Below, in pieces: positions 54,175-64,000 of a DNA stretch of 64,000 bases. Origin of the DNA: Antedon mediterranea (Eukaryota > Animalia > Echinodermata). The stretch spans positions 36,652,304 through 36,716,303 of the forward strand of contig NC_092671.1 of NCBI RefSeq assembly GCF_964355755.1. Direction: 5' to 3'. Under the pieces are notes generated by a model, which saw only the letters and a list, made by a program, of their open reading frames with translations, made no database searches and had not been told where the DNA came from. Every line of letters begins with the position of its first letter. Position 1 is the first letter of the stretch. A program made the translations under genes and the position numbers.

Positions 54175-54396
54175 GTAATGAAGGAGGTTGAAGCCATGAA
54201 CTTAGATTCATCTAGTGATGTTGATCAAACCACAAAGATACAAAGAAGAAGGAGCAGCTTAGAACAAGAACTGAGATTGTTACAAGAGGAAAACGATAAC
54301 TTAAATACAACAATGTCACGCAAAGATGATGAGATGCAGAAGATGAAATCAAATTTGATGAACGTCCGAGAAGAGAGGGAAAAATTTAGAAGAAAA
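54175..54396 (+). CDS. MCC: MCC coding exon (phase 0 to 0)
   Basis: tatAG acceptor, AAA|gtactt donor. VMKEVEAM...LRLLQEENDNLNTTMSRKDDEMQKMKSNLMNVREEREKFRRK is coiled coil, like MCC REERDRLRRR. Confidence 0.9.
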
Positions 54397-54755
54397 GTAC
54401 TTAACTCTAAATATTATTATTTTTAATTTATTATCATTGTTTTTGTTATCAATGTTTATTATTTTAGTTTTTTCCTTAAGGAGAACTTCATTGCCTTGTC
54501 AAATAAATGAAGTATTATGTTCTCTTTTTCCATACGCATCCAAACCGTGTAACTTGCCAATTACAGGATGGATAAACTATTTAATAATTTGTCATGCTTA
54601 TAAACTAAGTCTTATTTGAGGCTTGAGGAGTGGAGTTACAACCCTGGCACTAGGTCAGGATTGAACCCCAGACCTTGTCATTGGAAGGCACGTTAACCAC
54701 CAAGCTACACCACAACGTTTGTGAAGAATGTAAATTATTAATTATTATCTTTTAG

Positions 54756-55049
54756 GTTAGAGAAATGCAAGCAATCATATCGACATTACAAAATGGCAAT
54801 CATCGGACCGGCAACTCATCATCATCGGAGCATTTAGCTTCACCTACCCAACGTCCATCCCCTGCCCAATCATATTCTGGTATCAACCCTAGCACGGGTG
54901 AACTCAGTTTGACCGGGTCAGAAAGGAAGAAAGAGATGGCGGTCAGTAAAGTAGCTGAAAGAGTGAAGTTAAAGCAATCAAGATCGGTTGATGTCCGACA
55001 GGGAAATGACCCCAGACAGGTCTTAGGTCATGAAATCACCACTGCTGGG
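54756..55049 (+). CDS. MCC: MCC coding exon (phase 0 to 0)
   Basis: tttAG acceptor, GGG|gtaagt donor. VREMQAII...INPSTGELS...VSKVAERVKL...VLGHEITTAG matches recalled MCC motifs INPSTGELS and KIAERVKL. Confidence 0.95.
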
Positions 55050-55132
55050 GTAAGTTTAGGAACTGAATATTTGTTTTTGGTGATAAAAAAAAATGTAAAA
55101 AATAAAAATAAAAATAAGGGTCTGTTTAAATT

Positions 55133-55313
55133 TGATGTGACAATAACATGTCATGTGCCCATATATGGACATGATAATATCATATGAATAGCATATTTGG
55201 GCACATCACTACCATATTTAGGCACATCACTACCATATTTGGGCATATCACTACCATATATGGGCATATCACTACCATATATGGGCACATCACACCACTT
55301 TTGTAGACAGAGT
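55133..55313. mobile_element. MITE family M, partial, in a short MCC intron
   Basis: Four to five 21-bp repeats plus right TIR remnant gtagacagag. Confidence 0.75.
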
Positions 55314-55432
55314 TTAAAGTAAACATCAAAACAAATAAAAAGTTGCTGCTGAAACCAGTAATATAAAGAAGACTCAAATTATTTATGAATGAATGCGAGA
55401 AATAATTATTAATATTGATTTTTTTTTCTCAG

Positions 55433-55826
55433 ATTCAAAATTCAAAGCTAGCAGAACACTTAGCCCATTCCTTACAAGAGTGCTCTAGCCTCCAAGAGGT
55501 TTTCCAAACACTCAATTCCCATGGACTGTCCATTCCAGAAAATAAAGTGAGGGAATTTGAGGTTGAAATGGAGCGACTGAACAGTAAAATTGAACATCTG
55601 AAATCACAGAATGACCTGTTGACCTTAACGCTGGAAGAAAGTAAAGCCAATTGTGATAGACTTAGTATGTTAGTTGGAAAGTATGAATCGAATAATACAG
55701 CATTGCAAATGGCTGTCAACTACAGTGATCAGACGATAGAGGCTTACAAAGCTCAGCTTGATCTAGCACGATGTGAACAGCAATCGTTACTAGCAAACTG
55801 TAAAGCAGCGGGGCTAGGTGGATTAG
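55433..55826 (+). CDS. MCC: MCC coding exon with the conserved MCC/USHBP1 coiled-coil core (phase 0 to 1)
   Basis: tctcAG acceptor, G|gtatga donor. AEHLAHSLQECS...EFEVEMERLNSKIEHLKSQNDLLTLTLEESKANCDRLSMLVGKYESNNTALQMA. Confidence 0.97.
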
Positions 55827-55887
55827 GTATGATGTGTTTATAGTGAATACTGAAACATAATATGATTTACGATTCTTCATGATCTTA

Positions 55888-56063
55888 AGCCCTGTCTACA
55901 TTATCAAACTTGGCAACAAAATGTGATGTGCCCATATTGGGACATGATAATGTCATATCACAACCATATTTAAGCATATCACTACCGTGTTTGAGCATAT
56001 CACTACTATATTTGGGTACATCACATTTTTTTGTCAAACTAGTTTGATAGTGTAGACAGAGCT
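55888..56063. mobile_element. MITE family M, full
   Basis: Both TIRs, TTA TSD. Confidence 0.85.
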
Positions 56064-56566
56064 TTACAGCAACACAATAAATATCAATCGAAACAACAAT
56101 TGATATGCATTATTACACCTTAAATGGTTTGTAAAGGTTGCTGGTTTATTCATTAATTTTTTTAGTACCATTAATACTACCAGTAGAGAAGTAAATTTGT
56201 AATACCTAAACAGGTTTTATTGAAGACCCGCAAGATCATAACATTTTACCAAAATATTTTTCCAAGCCTGGAAATCATTGGGAAATTTACAAAAACCATT
56301 TGAAGACCATGACGAAAAAAATGTCTTTCTTGCAGATGCAATTTATACTGTTTGCTGTACCATGACCCATGACCTTTTAAAATTTTGTTTAGAACTGTTC
56401 AAAAGTCATTAAATCTTGGTTTAAAGGTCTAGAAATGAACTCTTTGAGTGTATGCCTTCTGTATATTGATTGTATCATCAACTCAGTATGATGATAATTA
56501 TCTGTATATTTTACAATCCATTTAGCATCATCATTCTTTTTATCATCAATATTCTTGTTATCACAG

Positions 56567-56768
56567 GTGAGAATTCAGAAAGCTCTGGAGACGATTCAGA
56601 GGATACAACCAGCATGTTACGGCGAGTTCATGAGAATAAGAAAGTTGCCGAGAGCATGGCTAAGTCATTGCTACAGAGACTGGATAGAAGTTGTGGCGCA
56701 GTGCTTACACATGTTCAGGGTGCTACGCTACAGCCATGGGAAGATGTTTCATCTCAAAGTCACACTAG
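56567..56768 (+). CDS. MCC: MCC coding exon (phase 1 to 2)
   Basis: cacAG acceptor, AG|gtaaac donor. GENSESSGDDSEDTTSMLRRVHENKKVAESMAKSLLQRLDRSCG...QPWEDVSSQSHT. Confidence 0.94.
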
Positions 56769-56944
56769 GTAAACTAAGAATAAGTATTTGTTTACTGAAA
56801 TTGTATTACACCTTTTCAACAGATAATACTATAAACTTTTGTTGTTTACCATTTTTCTTCCCCTCAACAACATGAAAAATAAAGATTAATAAAATCAGAT
56901 TTTGAATTTAGTTTAATTTAAAGTTAAATTTAGCAGTTTTAATA

Positions 56945-57150
56945 AAGTTATTAACTTCTTTAGGAAAAAATTGTTGTTTCACTTATAAAAAGACAAAAGA
57001 AACAGTTAATTTTAACCAAAACAACATTGCGTGACAGACAATAGGTATATTTTGCTTTAATTATATTTTTTTTCAAGGAACGTTTTTTTTTATCCAGTTG
57101 TTGGTCAAAGTGAATAACTATTATGTGACATTAAAATGGCATATTCAACA
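56945..57150. mobile_element. Kolobok-like MITE family B partial copy, reverse orientation
   Basis: Reverse-complement match to the interior of 32900-33233. Confidence 0.6.
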
Positions 57151-58205
57151 ACAAAAATATTTCTTATCTAAAAGTATTTATAAAGAAGTAAATAAAGAAA
57201 AAGAAAGTATAGTGTTCATAATTTTTAAAATCTATATATCTTTACCAAACTGTTGATTGATCTATATTACTTTTTAATTTAGCGTTACTTCCTTATTTTG
57301 AACAAGGAGTGAACCTAAAAATGTACATTTTAAGATTTAAACCATCAAACCACAACTGCTTTCAGTTCAGTCATCAGTTTGTCATCAACTCATTCATCAT
57401 GAAAATTAGTACGGAAAGTGAAACACAACCAAGACGTAAATGACATTATTAAATGTTCATGAAAATGTAAACACATCGTATTCACCTTGTTATGTGTTGA
57501 TTAGCATGGTTGTTGACAGACATGTGACTGGGTGGACGGTCTTAGCTTGTAAGGTCAAGAAGGTTATTTCCAATAGAACTGACCATTAACAGGCTGACTG
57601 ACAAGCAGTGGATGGTGATAGATGCATTGTACAAGCTAAATATCACAATTACAATTTCAATTTGAATGCAAGTGGTGCTTGCGTCAATGAACATCAACAT
57701 TAATGAAAGGAAAATAATTAACGGTAGTTGGCGTGTCATGGGTTGTTTTTTATAGAAAAAAAAATATGGCAAAAAAAAGTAGGCATTTTAAAAACAATCC
57801 AATTAAAAGATTTAAATATCTTATTAAAACTTGATATTTTAATTATTATTCATGTATTGATTATGGTATGTGTTAAATATAACACACACACACACCCATC
57901 TCTATCTTTGAACTACTTTATCAATTGATCTTAAGGATCAGTTTGTTTTCAACTTGAGATCATTCTTGCGTGCTCTTCGATCTAACCTGCCTGACTTATT
58001 TTATTTGTAAACTAATTTTATTGACCAATATTTATTTCTTGCATTACAGCGATGTATTTTTACAAAGCTACCCCTGCCCAGCATTTTTTCATCTTTTTAT
58101 ATATATTTATATTGTATGAATTTTATGCTGGTCATATAAATAAACAAAACGAAATACTTGAGCAAAACTACTGATAATTTAAAAAAGGTTTTTTTTTTAT
58201 TGTAG

Positions 58206-58440
58206 CACGACGAGCTCTACAGCAAGTAGTTGCGACACTGAGTTCAGTAAGGAGGATGAACAACGACTCAAAGATTACATCCAACAGTTGAAAAATGATC
58301 GAGCCGCAGTTCGTCTCACCGTCATGGAACTTGAGAGTGTACATATTGATCCATTAAGTCATGATGTAGCGCCAAGACCGGACACGCAACGTTTGGATTT
58401 GGAAAACGCGGTGTTAATGCAAGAACTGACAGCTCTTAAG
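58206..58440 (+). CDS. MCC: MCC coding exon (phase 2 to 0)
   Basis: ttgtAG acceptor, AAG|gtgaca donor. STTSSTASSCDTEFSKEDEQRLKDYIQQLKNDRAAVRLTVMELESVHIDPLS...QRLDLENAVLMQELTALK is near-identical to recalled MCC. Confidence 0.97.
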
Positions 58441-58778
58441 GTGACAAGCATACTTAACTTTGTGTCATGTGTACTTAGCATAAAAATACTGAGTACCGTT
58501 GCTTAGCAACGGGGGATCTGTAGCGGAAATGCTGATTAGCTTCAGTTGTCAAACATTAGTTGTTAGCTCATTCTTCCTAATTATTTTTGTTAAAAGCTTC
58601 TTTATTATTTACGCGGACCAACAAAGAGTCGTCTAACTAACATAAATATAAAATGGAGAATGCATGTACAACTATAAACAAACAAAAAATTGCTTTTACA
58701 AGTTAAGATATAAAATAGAAAACAGAAGTAAAACTATTATATTAAAACTATTATTTATTTATTTTTTTTTTATTTCAG

Positions 58779-58976
58779 GAGGAAAGGGCAGAGCTTAAAG
58801 CACAGAATTATTTACAGGAAAAAGAACGCAAAGCGCTTGAACTTAAACTAAGTTCACGAGAAGCACAGGAAGAGGCTTACTTGGTTCAAATCAATAACTT
58901 AAAGTGTGAAATGAAAGAACAAATATCACATCATGGTGAGAAAGCAACTTATACACACCACCATCACTACTCTAAG
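58779..58976 (+). CDS. MCC: MCC coding exon (phase 0 to 0)
   Basis: tttcAG acceptor, AAG|gtaaac donor. EERAELKAQNYLQEKERKALELKLSSREAQEEAYLVQINNLKCE...HHHHYSK. Confidence 0.95.
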
Positions 58977-59049
58977 GTAAACTTATTTTTCCTATATCTT
59001 ATTCAAACTTTCTTTTTAGCAACACATTTAAGCGTTAACAACATATAGT

Positions 59050-60165
59050 AGAACCCCTCCTTAGGATGCCCCTCCTTGGGATTACCCCTCCTTGGGATTA
59101 CCCCTCCTTGGGATAACCCCTCCTTGGGATAACCCCTCCTTGGGAAACGCCTCCATGGGATAACCCCCCTCCTTGGGAAACGCCTCCATGGGATAACCCC
59201 CTCCTTGGGAAACCCCTCCTGGGATAACCCCTCAATGGGATAACCCCTCAATGGGATAACCCCTCCTTGGGATAACCCCTCCATGGGATAACCCCTCCTT
59301 GGGATTACCCCTCCTTGGGATTACCCCTCCTAGAGATACCTATCCTTGGGATATCCCTCCTTGGGATATCCCTCATTAGGATACCCCTACTTGGGATATC
59401 CCTCAATGGGATACCCCTCATTAGGATACCTCTCATTAGGATACCCCTCCTTGGGATACCCCTCATTAGGATACCCCTACTTGGGATACCCCTCCTTGGG
59501 ATACCCCTCATTAGGATACCCCTCCTTGGGATACCCCTTCTTGGGATATCCCTCAATGGGATACCCCTCATTAGGATACCTCTCATTAGGATACCCCTTC
59601 TTGGGATATCCCTCAATGGGATACCCCTCATTAGGATACCTCTCATTAGGATACCCCTCCTTGGGATACCCCTTCTTGGGATATCCCTCAATGGGATACC
59701 CCTCAATGGGATACCTCTCATTAGGATACCCCTCCTTGGGATATCCCTCAATGGGATACCCCTCATTAGGATACCTCTCATTAGCATACCCCTCCTTGGG
59801 ATACCTCTTCTTGGGATACCCCTCCTTGGGATACCCCTTCTTGGGATATCCCTCAATGGGATACCCCTCAATGGGATACCTCTCATTAGGATACCCCTCC
59901 TTGGGATATCCCTCAATGGGATACCCCTCATTAGGATACCTCTCATTAGCATACCCCTCCTTGGGATACCTCTTCTTGGGATACCCCTCCTTGGGATACC
60001 CCTCATTAGCATACCCCTCCTTGGGATACCTCTTCTTGGGATATCCCTCCTTGGGATACCCCTCATTAGGATACCTCTCCTTGGGATACACCTTCTTGGG
60101 ATACCCCTCCTTGGGATACCTCCATAGGATACCCCTATTAATGAGACACCTATTAATGAGACACT
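59050..60165. repeat. minisatellite, 15-bp gggatacccctcctt units (~70 copies), intronic
   Basis: Continuous 15-bp periodicity between MCC exons 58976 and 60248. Confidence 0.95.
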
Positions 60166-60247
60166 TTTCTGGAAAGCAAATTAGAGATAATGTATGCTTT
60201 TACTAAAGAAGACACTTTGTCATTTAACAGTTAATTTCTCTTTACAG

Positions 60248-60456
60248 AATGGCATATCATCACCAGTATCACTAACAGAAGTTGGGTCTTTGGATGGCAG
60301 TAGTGTTGGGTCCCAAGAAGAGTTCCTTCAAAGAGAGAAGAAGATGAAAGCAAGACTTCAGGAGCTGGTGACAACCCTTGAGAAGGTTCAGAAGAGTTCA
60401 GAGTTACGACATCAACAGTCTTCAGAGTTTGTGGCAGACCTTAAGAGAGCTAATAG
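60248..60456 (+). CDS. MCC: MCC coding exon (phase 0 to 2)
   Basis: ttacAG acceptor, AG|gtatag donor. NGISSPVSL...QREKKMKARLQELVTTLEKVQKSSELRHQQSSEFVADLKRAN. Confidence 0.95.
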
Positions 60457-61821
60457 GTATAGAACACTTCCAATTAATGACCACCCTCTAATTATAGAGG
60501 TGTTTGGTGTGGAATATATGCACAAAGATATAGCCTGCTTTATCCAAGTTCTTAGGAATACAGGGTTGTATGTAGTTTGTTTAGTCCATCCAGTTTTAAA
60601 GGTCCTCTCGTCTATTTTAAAAATACCATTATTGTTCAATAATATAATAAATTTTAACAATTTTTATTGGGTATTAAATAATACATTTTTTAATGTCTTA
60701 AAAATCTTTATAGATAAAAAAATATGCCTAATATGGTAACAACACCCTAACCTAGTATATCAACATTGTATCTCACAATTCATGGTAATACCCATAAAAT
60801 TAAACATGACAACAAAAGATTGAGTTTTCTCTGAATGTTTTAAATGTCATCACATAATTATGAAATTGTCAGTCATAATTAGCATGAAATGATATACAAA
60901 CTGCAAATGTCTATCAAACTATCTCCCAAGAGATCCAATCTAATCCTTCGGTCTTAAACTGTCCGTATTCATTCATCTTTGAAATCTGTATAATAGTTAC
61001 AACTGATTCCGTGATTGGCACATTCAATTTGTTATCATATTAATAATCTTATTACATGATTTATATCTTTATGAATATTTTTTCTTCCCTTGTGACATCA
61101 TGAAAATATTTTGCATACTAACATTTTAAAAAGATAACATTTGCGTTAGTTATCTTGTTATTTTGCCAAACCACTTACAACAGGGAAAAAAGATCAAGTA
61201 AATATAATAACCGCTTTCCTTTTAAATATGGACTGTGGATGGATATAGATTTTATCCATCAATACTTCTTGGCTTTATAACCGAAAGTTACTTTAAGATC
61301 TTTCAAAATGTAGACAGCCACTGCAAAACACTCCGAGAAAAATTTCCGTTTATTTAATTATTTTTGGAATGTTTATAAATGTTTTAGTATATCTAGTAAA
61401 GATATTCTTTTGGGACTCGTCTAGTCATGGGACACTTTTTTGGGTCCCAAACTTTACCCTTTTATAGTGGTGTAGTTCTACTGTATTGACTAATTTCATA
61501 TTGTTTGAAGGTTTGCATGGCGAAATCCAATGTTGATATAAAGTTTGCGGTACACCATGTATATTAGTTCTGAAAAGAACTGTTGAGTTTCTCGACGCTT
61601 CGATCAATATACTTTGATCATCCTCAGGAGTGAGAAATCAAAGCATTGATTGAGAGAACTTTTCAGAACTAATATATGTGGTGTATGACAAACGTTATAT
61701 CAACTAATTTAATGTTACATCATTACATATTCTTTTAAACGTTTATATCAAATTTAAGTACATTATTTAACTGTTTTTTTAAGAACTATATTTGTTAAAA
61801 TGATTGTATTTCTTATTTCAG

Positions 61822-61924
61822 TGCCTTAGTAACGGCGTATGAGAAAGCGAAGAAAAAGCATCAAAGTCGGCTGAAGAAACTGGAAGCGCAGATGTTGGCT
61901 ATGGTTGAACGACACGACACACAG
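61822..61924 (+). CDS. MCC: MCC penultimate coding exon (phase 2 to 0); terminal exon not seen in the window
   Basis: tttcAG acceptor, CAG|gtatgt donor. SALVTAYEKAKKKHQSRLKKLEAQMLAMVERHDTQ matches recalled MCC AYEKAKKKHQNKLKKLESQMMAMVERHETQ. Confidence 0.96.
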
Positions 61925-62538
61925 GTATGTTTTATATACATTATTACAATGGCGTTCCACTGTGTTTTTACTTGTTTTTATTTCAACCCTTTGTTTTTTC
62001 AAGATTTGTCATCAGTACCAGCCACTGTGGTTACGGCCTTCAATTTGAATTAATAAATCGGTCAATTTAAAAACTTCTTTCTTCTGGTATCACTTAAATA
62101 ATAATGTATATATGTGACTCAATTTAAATAGATTAATGTTGTCAAATGGGTCACATTACGAATAATAAATATAATTTCAATCATTTTTTTCACTTATAAG
62201 ATGTTTAATAAAATATATATTACAAATATATGACATTTACAGTTCAGACATTTTTGTAATTTAAATTAATTGTTTTGATCCTTGAACAAAAAAATTGAAA
62301 AGCATCAAATAGAAAAAGACATCCAAAGTACGGAAAAGCTAAAGCTTAAGTTGTCATGGAAATATGTGACAAGGCTAATGTTGTACGTTGAACTGTAATG
62401 TACTACAATGTGTCAGCATTATTCCATACAGGAATTCAGTAAGTTTACTAACTTGAATCAAAGATTGAAATAAATATACTTTGTTCATCATAAATGTGAA
62501 CATTTACAATCATTTCTTGGCAAGATAAAACATGTTAA

Positions 62539-62926
62539 CCCTTTCTCTGCGTATACCCGGTACTACCGGGTATAAACAGACGTCGTTGAAATACGTATAC
62601 TCGGTAAAACCGGGTATGGGCAAAACAATGATTTAAGCGTATTTGCGTATAATATATAGCACCCTCTGTATTTTTTCGATGAACTTGAATATTTTTGCAA
62701 GTCATTAAATTACATACCTGTAATGACGTCACATGACGTCATCAATATGCAAATTACTTTTTTTTTTATACCTAACTGTAAACTAACCCTTTGCCCATCA
62801 CACACCACAAAAATAATTACACAATTATCTCAATTAGTATTTTTTTGCAATTAATTAAAATATCATAGGTTTTTCTTAAATATATATTACGCACAGAGGT
62901 GGGAATAATGCTCCGCAGTGAAAGGG
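62539..62926. mobile_element. piggyBac-like MITE
   Basis: TTAA|CCCTTTCTCTGCG ... CGCAGTGAAAGGG|TTAA. Confidence 0.8.
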
Positions 62927-63829
62927 TTAATATACTTTTAATTTACTTATATAAACAAATATTTAATGGCAACATTTAAAAGTACTAGTCTAAACTTAAG
63001 ATTATCACTTTAAACTGTAACTTTAATCCGTAAAAGAATAGCCATCATACCCATATGAGACATTTCTGAGAAGCTCAAACAAATGATGTCATACAATTTG
63101 AGTGATTTGTATATATCACTGGTATATTTTATTCAATTATTAAATTGTATACATAAAAAATACGTTCATAAAATTTAGCAGCAGAAAAAAATAAAAATTT
63201 TTCAGCTGAATTGCACTTTATGTTAACAGAAGAGGATTACAATAAAAAAAAAACACATTACAAATTTAACTCCTTAAGTAACTGTACTAAAATAAGGGAC
63301 TAGTCTTGTAAATTTGTGGTGTGTGCAATTGTGCTTTATGATTTAATGTACCACAACATACATGAAGGGGTGGATGTCATGTGATGTCACTCGGATCGTA
63401 GATGACAGAACGCAAGCCAAATGGCGCAAAGGAACCCAAGCATTCCAAGTTCATAGGCCATCAAAATGACTTGAATTAAACATGACAGACAGTGGTTGTT
63501 TTATTGGCAGTTCTAAGCAAGTCAGTTAGGATTTTCGCAACATTTTAGCAAACTTTCATTTAGATACAGTCATCCTGTAGATAAGTCCACTCAACGTGTC
63601 ATACTGGTGTCTAAGCTAATTATCTGTTTTATGATGAGAACTGCCTATTGACGTTTATTACCTTACACAAACTTCCTATTCTGATACATGTTTTGCACTT
63701 ATTGTTTAAACACTATCAAATTCTACCTACTAAAAATAATGAGATTAAACTTTTTTATGGGAAGAAAAAGTACTCCAACTCCTATGGTTATGGTTTTGTC
63801 TATTAGGAATTTTCTCAGTCGTAAATAAA

Positions 63830-63980
63830 TCTATCATGATTAACTTGCTAAATATGATTTACTCTATCATGATTAACTTTATCATGATTTACTCTATCAT
63901 GATTTACTCTATCATGATTAACTTGCTAAATATGATTTACTTTATCATGATTTACTCTATCATGATTTACTCTATCATGA
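63830..63980. repeat. minisatellite of tctatcatgatttac-type units
   Basis: Repeated ~15-bp units at the window end. Confidence 0.85.
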
Positions 63981-64000
63981 ATAAAATGATTATCTATATC

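Noticed and set aside
55435-55719. Antisense 94-aa ORF
   Set aside because: Shadow of the MCC exon on the + strand.
59003-60206. Long ORFs on both strands (GIPLL, GYPSL, RGIPR, YPKEG repeats)
   Set aside because: They are by-products of a 15-bp stop-poor minisatellite inside an MCC intron. The flanking exons splice in frame without it.

Overview
AT-rich eukaryotic (invertebrate-like) genomic DNA, not prokaryotic. The whole window lies inside one + strand, intron-rich gene, an orthologue of MCC (mutated in colorectal cancers / colorectal mutant cancer protein, a coiled-coil scaffold). Thirteen GT-AG coding exons chain in frame: 2433-2575, then a ~46 kb intron, then 48771-48884, 51644-51786, 52902-53011, 53505-53665, 54175-54396, 54756-55049, 55433-55826, 56567-56768, 58206-58440, 58779-58976, 60248-60456 and 61822-61924. 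The 5' EF-hand exons and the last exon lie outside the window. The 46 kb intron sits where vertebrate MCC, from recall, switches to an alternative first exon. Here it holds several short ATG-initiated, phase-0 candidate exons (best: 21962-22042, 27540-27683, 30201-30230), suggesting an array of alternative N-termini. Introns carry about 19 copies of one PIF/Harbinger-type MITE, two TTAA-flanked Kolobok-like families (one nested in the other; one pair inverted 33 kb apart), a piggyBac-like MITE and tRNA-derived SINEs. They also hold a complete tRNA-like cloverleaf with an ATC anticodon inside a direct-repeat-bounded unit, a degenerate hammerhead-ribozyme motif, long hairpins and several minisatellites. 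Homology calls are from recalled sequence, not from a database search. No convincingly novel multi-gene system is evident; the best leads are isoform/RNA-level features.
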